Shown in pieces: positions 54,301-64,000 of a stretch of 64,000 bases of DNA. A program made the translations under genes and the position numbers. The stretch covers positions 126,666,001-126,730,000 of the forward strand of contig OZ024741.1 of the NCBI GenBank assembly GCA_964016885.1, read 5' to 3'. How positions within the stretch are numbered: the first letter of the stretch is position 1; every line of letters begins with the position of its first letter. The DNA is from Eledone cirrhosa (taxonomy: Eukaryota). The notes below the pieces were generated by a model. The model was given only the letters and a program-made list of their open reading frames with translations. It made no database searches and was not told the origin of the DNA.

Positions 54301-55154
54301 GAGGTGTATCAGAATATTTCAAACCCAAACTTCACACTAAGAGTTTTCTCCTTCAAAGAAATCCCCCTGGAGTATGTAACTTTAATCTTAGCTCTCTGCA
54401 GCGAATAAACTTTTTTCTTCATAATTTTATATACATGTCCTCTGTTTCAGGTCGTCAAGCAATGTGCACAGAGCAACGTACAAACTTGAAGTTCTCGTAC
54501 GGTCGGGGAAAACTCCGTCAGAAGCACTGGGATTGCTGCAGCAAGCGTATGGAGATGAGACGATGTCACGCTCACGTGTTTTTGAGTGGTGCAAGATGAC
54601 TCCAGGAGCGGAAGGCCCTCAACAACCAGGACTGAGGTCAACGTTGCGCACGTCAGGCAGATGGTGCGTAGCGATCGTCGGGTGACTGTTCGACTGATGA
54701 CAAATGAGCTGGGCATAAATCGGTACAGCGTCTGGAAGATTCTCAATGAAGATTTGGACATGCGGAAAGTCTGCGCGATGATGGTGCCAAAACTGCTGAA
54801 CGATGACCAGAAGGGTCGACGCATGCAAGTGTGCCAGGATATCCTCGAGCGTCTTGAAACCGAACCAGACTTGCTAGGGACAGTCATCACCGGTGATGAG
54901 TGATGGATCTAAGAGTACGACCCGGAGGGGACCCGTTTTGAAGATGTGGACGACATCAAAAAGGCCGTGACGACGGAACTGCGGAGGATCCCGGAAGAAT
55001 CCTTCCAGGAGTCCATGCAAGCTTGACAGAAAGGATGGAAAAGTGCATTAGACTCCAGGGGGATTACTTTGAAGGAGAAAACTCTTAGTGTGAAGTTTGG
55101 GTTTGAAATAAATCTTTTATGACATCAGTCCTGGAACGTTTCTGGCACACCTCG
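54300..55154 (+). mobile_element. Internally deleted mariner transposon
   Basis: TA-CGAGGTGT..ACACCTCG-TA inverted termini; remnants AYGDETMSRSRVFEW, DDSRSGRPST, KVCAMMVPKLL, VITGDE; most of the catalytic region is missing. Confidence 0.92.
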
Positions 55155-55180
55155 TATATATATATATATATAGATATATG

Positions 55181-55262
<82 letters not shown>

Positions 55263-55390
55263 GTATAGTGGTAGCTATGGTTCTTCCGTAGGTGGTATGC
55301 CAAAATTAGCACTCGATATTCATCAGAGTAGAGTGTATATATTATCAAGAAAACGAAAAATCAGTGATGCATCTGGACTTAGTTTATTTT

Positions 55391-55479
55391 GAGTTACAAA
55401 TGTTTCGCCGGCATGTAGCTCGAGTCATGGTCCTTGTATGGATCTGGCTGATTCTACTTCTGCGGGTTCTTTCAGACAC
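55391..55479 (-). ncRNA. Decayed long-stem-II hammerhead
   Basis: Reverse complement: GTGT-CTGAAAGA (one extra A)-ACCCGC..GCCGGC-GAAA-CATTTG-TA-ACTC. Confidence 0.45.
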
Positions 55480-55504
55480 GGGTGTTATGTCCGGAGCAAA
55501 TTTT

Positions 55505-55553
<49 letters not shown>

Positions 55554-55750
55554 ATATATATATATATATATATTATATTGCGGTCGGCCGCGAAGAGGCT
55601 GCTGTGGTTTATTTATCAAATATTTCTTCATAGGAGCCTTTAATCTTATAGCCTGGTCTAATTGATTTTTTATGTGGTTAATTATGGTAATTGGGAGAAG
55701 AAATGGTGTATATATTTTATCAAATCATTCTATGAACATACTTTATGATA

Positions 55751-55796
<46 letters not shown>

Positions 55797-56277
55797 GCGT
55801 TAAAAACAAAGGTATACACACATCACCAGCATTCTAATAAATATTTGGTGTACAGGTAATCAAAGTGTGTATACATTTTTGGGGTGCAGCCTCTATATCT
55901 ACATACGTTCGGGACACAAACACAGACATTAGTGAACGCACATACACACACACATATATAGCGTAAGGCGTATACACTAATGAAAAATATAATTCAAGCC
56001 ATATTTGTTTTTCATTTTAACACTACCATATTTGTCAAGCGTTTTTTTTATAAGTTTAATATGTAAATAAAGTAGATCTTAGCACTGTAACATCCAAAAA
56101 ACATCTACACAATGTACTTAACGCACCCCATTCCACTGTACCAAACGTACATCAGTGCACTGAGGTACGTTTAATCATACGCCTCTCGAACATTCTGTGG
56201 ACTGGAAAATTCGAAGTAGCGGCAAAATGGAACTTTAGCGTTCTACAAAATATACATCTCTCTCTCTCTCTCTCCCT

Positions 56278-56334
<57 letters not shown>

Positions 56335-56717
56335 TTCCCCCCCTCTCTCCCTGCCGCTCTCTCCCCTGCCCCCTATCTCCCCGCCCTTCTCTCCGCTCTA
56401 TCTCCCCTCCCGTTCCTCTCTCCCCTTCTCTCACTCCCCTCTCACCCCCACCCCTCTAACCCCATTCCATCTCCCCCTCTCTCCCATATCTCTGTTTACA
56501 TATGTATGTATACAACGAGAGGCGGCGCGTTTGTGAAAAAATCACAAACTTAGTCGTTTAAGGGCTTCAGATAGGGGGAAACCAAGTTCCATAAGAAGTT
56601 TAATCACAAAACAATATATACTGATCAGACAAAAATGTTTTAAAAACACGTAAACAATGGATGTACTCCGCCCATGTGTACCACGTCCCGAGAGACTCGA
56701 CAACAACAATAATAATA

Positions 56718-56923
56718 CAGGTTTCTGATTTAGGCACAATGCCAACAATTTTGCGGGAGGAGCAAGTTGATTAAATCGACCCCAGTGTATTACTGGTACT
56801 TTATTTTATCGAAACCATAAGGATGAAAGGCAAAGTTAACCTCGACAGGACTTGAACTCAGAATACAAAGAGACGTAACTCTATGCCGCAAAGCCTGTTG
56901 TTGGATGCTCTACAGATACTGCT
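56718..56923 (-). mobile_element. SINE
   Basis: CTGGTACTTTATTTTATCG..GGATGAAAGGCAAAGTTAACCTCG..TTGAACTCAG. Confidence 0.85.
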
Positions 56924-58078
56924 AATAATAATAATAATTATTGTTATCTGTAAACATTTAAGCAAACACATACCTATGGTGCATATTTAGCTTCCTCTAG
57001 AGTTTCATGCTCACGCATGTGTTCATGTTATTTCTAAATAGTGACGGCCGTGTGATCAGTACAATCATCTGAAGGTATTTTCAAGTATTTTCTAAAAAGT
57101 GTCAAGTTATAACTTATACTTATATTCTGATAAATTGGATTCATTTGTTTCCTTGTATCTTTGAAATACTCTTTACTGCTTACATAACTTTTGAGAGTCA
57201 CATTGATATCCAATGATATCAGACAGTAAGAAACAATTATTCGTATCCGATTTTAGGTGTTTCGTATTTCAGTGCAGATATCAGAATTTCTGCTATTCAC
57301 ATTTCACGTTCATCGTTAAATGCACATAAATAGACGTGCCGTTAGCAGTTTATAACCTTCAGTCAAAGCAATTATTTATTTACTAGTCATTTAAAGAATG
57401 CATTCAGATTTAATGATTTTCTACGGAATCCTACTTGTAATATGAAACTATGTCATGTCATTGATGGTGACATGTTTTATTCTGTATTACATTTTGTTAG
57501 AAAGAGAATTTTCAATATCTTCTAACTGAACGATGTAGATGAAACTTTAAAATTCTTGAATGTTTTTTTTATTCGTTACCACAAGTAGGTGCATCAGAAA
57601 TATTCGAAATACTTGATTATTAAATTATATCAGAATTTTTTTCATGTATTTTTAAACTTGTGGCTTAGAGGAGTCATTTGGTTTAACGGTTAACATGTTC
57701 ATGTCACGGCCGCATTTCATGTGTCACCTGTACAATTAGCTGGCAAAAGATGGGTTTTACCAGTAATTCAAATATTGGCATTGTAACACTACTAATCCAA
57801 GGCGGTGCCCCATAATGGCCGCGCTCTAATGACGGAAATCCGTAAAAGAATAAAATATCTCATTCTGAGATCACAAACATATTTCATACTTGACATTTCA
57901 AAGAGAAATAACTCAAGCTACATATAATCATTAATCAACGTTACTCTACTTGACTGAGTGTACTTAAGGTGTACTTACCTTTACCTCTGTTATTTCTATT
58001 TTAATAAGACTTTAACTGTGATTATATGCATACATGAGTATGTTATATATATATATATATAATGTTTATGTGTGAATG

Positions 58079-58118
<40 letters not shown>

Positions 58119-58129
58119 GTGTGTGAATG

Positions 58130-58165
<36 letters not shown>

Positions 58166-58176
58166 GTGTGTGAATG

Positions 58177-58230
<54 letters not shown>

Positions 58231-58310
58231 GGGGGGGTGTAATAACAAATATAACATCACAGTACATGGAAGTAATATATTAGTTTAACGCTTGAAATAG
58301 CAGGAAGCGA

Positions 58311-58346
58311 GTCTTAACGTTTCGAACATTAGTCCTTCATCAGACG
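58311..58346 (-). ncRNA. Minimal hammerhead-like core with weak stem I
   Basis: Reverse complement: CTGATGA-A GGAC taat GTTC-GAAA-CG-TT. Confidence 0.5.
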
Positions 58347-58454
58347 ATAGAGTTAGAAATAGAAGATAAATGGAAAGCAAAGAGTTATGAGAGGAAGGAA
58401 TGGGATTATATATATATATATATATAATGATTATATATATATAAGGAAAACATT

Positions 58455-58924
58455 TTTTTCAGTAGAAAAGGTTGAAGAGATTTTTTCAGTGAAATATCAA
58501 AACATTAATATATTTACAATACCGGTTTCAGCATTATATGCATTGTCAATTGTGGATATGCAGAATATTGTTAAGTTGCATATTTGTACAAATAGTGAAA
58601 ATAAAAATAGAAAGCGGAAGAAAAATTAATTTTCACATTCATGTTGATTCAGAGAAGAGAGTTAATTTCTCTGTACATCCTTTTTCTGCTATGGACAGAG
58701 AAATTGACTTTCTTCTCTGAATGTATGAGAAAATTAATTTTTCTTACCTTTTCTCTTTTTATTATTATTATTATTATTTTCCCTATTTGTACAAATATGC
58801 AACTTAACAATATTCTACATATCCACAATTGACAATGCATATAATGCTGAAAAAGGTATTGTAAATAAATTAATGTTTTGATATTTTACTGAAAAAATCT
58901 CTTCAACATTTTCTACTGAAAAAA
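58455..58924. repeat. Imperfect fold-back palindrome of about 470 bp
   Basis: TTTTTCAGTAGAAAA..TTTCTCTGTACAT mirrored by ATGGACAGAGAAA..TTTTCTACTGAAAAA. Confidence 0.9.
58516..58553 (-). ncRNA. Minimal U3-A8 variant hammerhead; mirror at 58825-58862 (+) has a mutated stem III
   Basis: Reverse complement: ACAA-TTGACAA-T GCAT ata ATGC T-GAAA-CCGG-TA-TTGT. Confidence 0.78.
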
Positions 58925-58984
58925 TCTTTTTCCTTTCTACTATTTGTTTTTATATCTATCAACTCGTGTGTTACCTTTCTACAT

Positions 58985-59056
<72 letters not shown>

Positions 59057-60239
59057 AACAATGTATATATACTTTGATTACTTTGCTGTTGAAGTGGGTA
59101 TGCATTTTGGGGACTCTTTGTATACAACATAGTATTAGTGAATAGAAAATAATTTTACCATATCATTTCTTTCACCAAATAATATCATTCCCCGCGACAC
59201 TGCATCAAATATTGTGAAATCCTGATGTAATCTGAAGCTCATATCTTTATCATTATTTTTTGAAGACTAAGTAGCGCCACACCCTACACCATCATCTGAT
59301 TGTTTTTCCATCTGTTTAACTAATTCGGATGTTTAAACACTAAGAGTATTATAATGCAATTGTATTTCTTTGTTTCTTCTGTAGAGCTATTTTGAACGAC
59401 TTTCATTGATCACCAAATATCATGCCATTTTCTTTTCCATTTAAAGTGATCGGTCAGGAGCAATCTACGTTTCTGAGACTCCTATATCAACAATAAAGAC
59501 TTAATCACGCTTCATTTAAAATAGGTATTTTAGGTGTAGATCTTAGGCAAGATAATATAATTTTTCCTGTTTGAGTAAGAAATTTCCCGCCAAAAGATAG
59601 CTAAGGCTTGTACTTCCCACACCCAGCAGTCACTCAAAAATTGAGCATCAATAATTCCCTTACTTTATAATTTCAAGTGTTTATTTCGTTGAAATAATTT
59701 TAATGGCATGCCATGTTGAGGTCATTTTTTTTTTTTTTTTCATATAGCACTTGATATCGGATTCTAACAAAATATCTAGGATCTGTATGAATGTTTGTGG
59801 CATTAATAGCTGGTTCATTAAATATATTTCATCATATTGATAATTAAAATGTTTTGGGTGGTGGAAATGAATCAATTGTATTTTAGAGGAATCAATTTGT
59901 TGATCATTTTTGTTTGCAAATTTAGTTACAGTTGATACAGCTGTGCATAATTTAGTTTTATTGGCATTGATTATACGAGATGATCTATATAAGTTGGTAT
60001 GATCTGCAAAACCTCAATTTCATTTAGAGATGTAAACAAATCTGTTGTGTAGAATATACATGTATGTATCCGTAACTCCTAATGGAGTCGTAGTGGCTCT
60101 GTAGTGTCATATGGTGTGTATTGCGTATTTCAAACTTGACGAAGCAAAACCCGTCCCCAGGTTTAAACACTGCCAATTTCTTCCAGGGGAGAGAAAATGA
60201 AGGTGAAAGAGAGAAAATGGAGAGATATAAAAGAAGAAT

Positions 60240-60383
60240 CGACCCCAGTACTGGACCTGAACTTTTTTTTATCGATCTCGAGCAAAATTAACATCTGCGA
60301 GATCTAAACCGCGAGAGCAGAGAACCGGAACGGAGACCAAAAGTAATTCGATCAAATGTTCTAACGATTCTCCTAATTCGCCG
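60240..60383 (-). mobile_element. Diverged SINE
   Basis: CGACCCCAGTA..TTTATCGA..CTAACGATTCTCCTAATTCGCC. Confidence 0.6.
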
Positions 60384-60439
60384 TCAAGAATGAAAATATA
60401 TAATCACATGAATTCCCTGTAATTTGTTAAGATAGGTTG

Positions 60440-60501
60440 TTTTAAAATACGCTATCTAAGGTTTCAGGGTCAAATTATATAATATAATATATAATATAAT
60501 A

Positions 60502-60572
<71 letters not shown>

Positions 60573-60633
60573 TGTTTTAAAATACGCTATCTAAGGTTTC
60601 AGGGTCAAATTATATAGTATAATATATAATATA

Positions 60634-60687
<54 letters not shown>

Positions 60688-60744
60688 TATATTATATATT
60701 ATATTATATAATTTGACCCTGAAACCTTAGATAGCGTATTTTAA

Positions 60745-60748
<4 letters not shown>
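60440..60748. repeat. Short unit of about 40-65 bp in three copies (two direct, one inverted) separated by TA tracts
   Basis: TTTTAAAATACGCTATCTAAGGTTTCAGGGTCAAATTATAT at about 60440 and 60575; reverse complement at about 60706-60746. Confidence 0.88.
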
Positions 60749-60812
<64 letters not shown>

Positions 60813-60912
60813 GTATTATATTATATTATATATACAGACAAAATTTGGTTATATTTGCATTTTCATCTGTCAAATATGTGTGTGTGTGAATGTAACACTC
60901 AGACATACATGT

Positions 60913-60969
<57 letters not shown>

Positions 60970-61089
60970 CTTAGAAGGATAGTGAGAGTAGGTGGTGTAT
61001 AAACAGTTATAAATAATTAGTTATTAAATCACCTTGTAAGATTTCATTCTTGATTACCTATGCTACTTCCGTGTGACCAGCATAGCCTG

Positions 61090-62650
61090 TCCGTATTACA
61101 GAGGTATGTCTGAGAGAGCCACCATAAACAGTAGTGGCCCCAAGACGGTTCCCTGGATCACGCTGCTTGTTATTAACGTTTCCTTTAAGTTGGCTGCAAC
61201 TGTCTAGCTTCTGTCTTTTGAGAAGTCATGAAGTCATTCACCTAGTTTTCAAGTTAATCCAAAGCTACGTAGTTTGTGACATATCATTCCATGATGAACC
61301 TTATCGAAGGTCTTCACAAAGTGAAGATATATCACATCCATGTTCGAACGGCTTAGCAACTGTTTCAGTATCCAGTCATAATGCTGCAAGAGCTGCGTAA
61401 GACAACATCTATCCGAGCGAAGCCATGTTGGTGTCAGTTAGAAGACCATTTTCCACTAGAAAAGTAATCAGTTTCCTTCAGATGATTCATTCTATGACGT
61501 TGCTGGTATATGAAATCAGGTAGACAGGTCTGTAGTTTTTAGCCTCTGCTCTGCTTCCTCCTTTATGGATAGGGCATATTATACTTTCTTGTATCTCTCT
61601 GGGTAGTTTAACGGTAGCCAGAGAAAATTCTGAAGAGGATCATCAGTGGTCTTGTTAAGGTACGCTTGCATGTTTTTAGGAGGACTGCTAAAAATCCATC
61701 AGGTCCAGCAGCTGAGTTTGTTCTCATTCTTCTATGGCGGATATCCCATCTTCCTCCGTTATATGTATGTGGTTGATGGTCGCCATTTCTCCGTGTAGTG
61801 CTGTGACATCAAAGAATTCTTCTGGCTTAGTAATTTGCATGTGCATCAATGGAGGTGTGAACCATTTTTGTAGTTCATTCAGTATCTCACTTATCCCTTG
61901 AGAATATGGAAAAGTAGCCCAATCTTGGAGTGTACCGACGCAGTCTCTTTTGCAAATTTAAAGAAGGCCTTAGGATTTGTTTTAATATTTTCTATGGCCC
62001 TGACTCCTCTCTCTGCACCCTCTCCTTTTCATGGGAGTGTTTGAGTTCATTTTCAATATGAAACAGTGCCTGCTTAAAATGGAACTCCTTACTTGTATAT
62101 GTAGCCGGTTTGAGATCCTCGTTCTCCTCATAATTCTCTGTCTCTAGGAATAATATTCTTGTCTCTGTTTGCCTCTGTATTATTTCCATGAATTGCTCAA
62201 GTTGTGTGTTGGCATCTTTCATAGAGAGACTCGGTCTAATTTTGCTTCAGGAACTCTTCCTGAATCCTTTTCCAGTTAGCTTTGTCGAAGTTTAAGCTGA
62301 ATAGAAACTGAGTGCTTCCTGTCGGCTGCATATCTACAGTCTTCCTCAGACTATACATTCCTAGTACTACTATGTTATAGTCCGAGAAAATCTTTGGTGT
62401 TACTTTCACATTGTGGATGAATTCAGCGCTATTCATGAAGCAGAGATCCAAGGTATTCTCATTTCTTTTTGGATGAAGTACCATTTGTTCCATGAAGAAT
62501 CTGTTTGTAAGCTCAACCAAGGATTTTGTCTGCTTTGTTCAGGTGCCATCATTCCTGAGAGGGACTGGACTTTTGACCTTGGGGAGGTTGAAATCTCCCA
62601 GCAGTAGGATATTGAGACACTGATCCAAATTGGTCAGCACTTCTTCCAAA
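61090..62650 (-). pseudogene. Degenerate copy of a LINE ORF2 related to about 27450-29070
   Basis: NILLLGDFNLPKVK, FMEQMVLHPKRNENTLDLCF, LNFDKANWKRI; AAGPDG-encoding DNA near 61700. Confidence 0.88.
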
Positions 62651-63744
62651 AATATATGTGTGTGTGTGTGTGTATGTGTATATGCATATATATATATATG
62701 TGTGTGTATGTGTGTGTACGCATATATATATATGGGGGCGGGCGTGCGCGTGTGTGTGTTTATGACTGCCCCCCTCCACCTCCGCACTGTTTCTGCCTGC
62801 CAAATTCCATTGGCCAATCCGAGACAATGGTAAAAGTAATCTGTCCAAGATGCTGTGCATTTGCATTGAATCCAAAGCCATTTAGTTGCAACGAGAACTT
62901 AACATATTATCTATGGTTGTGACAATCCTGATGTATTATATATTTTCTCACTTTGTGGAACGGAGCTGACACAAACAAGAGGGCACACAAGTATACTTTT
63001 TAGAATATGTATTTTATAGATTTAATAACTTCTTACTCTTGTGCAATTTTATTGTTTACCTTTCCTAGGTTCAATAAAATAAAGTCAAATACTGAGGTTT
63101 GATAAAATAAAATACGACTCAATTGCTGTGTAGTTGGTTCGATAGTATACATTACCAATCAGGTACTGGGATCAATAGAATAAAGTACCAGCCAAATACT
63201 GGTAGCGATAAAATAAAGTACCAGTCAAGTACGTGGATGCTTTTAATGGGCTGTTCCCTCCTCTCAAGTCCCCTGGTCCTGTGTTTATGTTAGAAACTAC
63301 TAGCAGATCAGTGTAGAGTATTTTCTTCAGAAAACAAATTACCACTACTTTCTTCACACTTCAAGTTTTATTACAATATTTAACTTCGTTGGTATGAGTC
63401 AAAATAGGAATAACAATCGATAAAATATGCAACATTGATAGAATGAAATGAATTTAAATGTCTGATGTTCCTTTTTCTTTCTCTTTTCCTCTCTCTTTCC
63501 CTAATAATAAAAACATTTTAGTTTGATATTGATAAAACCAATGCAAATATATTTATTTAATACCTTTATCCCACTTCAAGTTTAATGTGAATATTAAGCA
63601 TCTATGATTTAGAATGAGTAATATTAATTATTTTTTTGTATTATGTGATGTTATTGTACGTTATCATTTTAAACATCATTGATCGCTTTCGTTTCTAACA
63701 GCCTTAAGAATATATTCCTATAAAACACGTTAGTTAGGAATTGA

Positions 63745-64000
63745 CGCAGCTTGGCCGAATGATTAAAAAGTACGCTTTGTAATCAATAAGTCGCAAGTTC
63801 GATCTTGCAAGTGCCATTTACCATAGCTTCGAGCCAACATATGACTTTTGAGTGAAACTGGGTTGACGGAAACTGTTTGGAAGCCCGTTGAGTGGACTGT
63901 ACCTGTAATTCGAAGGACCAGTCTTATTAACAGTATACGTACCTATAGAATGCTCAAGCACTCACACGTTCATTTCATTAGCAGGTTGTTCTATTGATGG
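63745..64000 (+). mobile_element. tRNA-derived SINE of another family; relatives at about 2612-2760 (+) and 590-755 (-)
   Basis: TGGCCGAATGATTAA (A box), AGTTCGATC (B box); GAATGCTCA..CACACGTT shared with about 2686-2704. Confidence 0.6.

Noticed and set aside
59150-60050. Possible very old LINE remnant on the minus strand
   Set aside because: Only isolated short motif-like traces; not supportable without a search
63745-63815. tRNA-like heads here and at about 2612, 11391 and 45790
   Set aside because: No complete cloverleaf; they continue into SINE bodies

Overview
AT-rich eukaryotic (metazoan) repeat-dense DNA; the SINE types and very long (TA)n tracts suggest an octopus/cephalopod, but that is inference. 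I found no host protein-coding gene; most ORF-track entries are microsatellite read-throughs. The window holds two Penelope-like elements (PLEs) with open RT+GIY-YIG frames (14319-16448 minus; about 31340-34530 plus), several PLE fragments, a degraded RTE LINE, a degraded CR1/L2-group LINE with a Myb-like/CCCH ORF1, a deleted mariner, three Helitron-like elements and many tRNA-derived SINEs. The main hidden signal, folded by eye, is more than 20 type-I hammerhead ribozyme (HHR) motifs, intact or decayed, from roughly a dozen unrelated repeat families. They lie in PLE pseudo-LTRs and in short ORF-less fold-back palindromes embedded in (TA)n. Many have unusual cores (U3-A8 swap, fixed U4A, U.U closing stem II, stem II extended by 60-120 nt), and many are followed by a GAGYRC motif. 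No folding software or database search was run; activity is untested.
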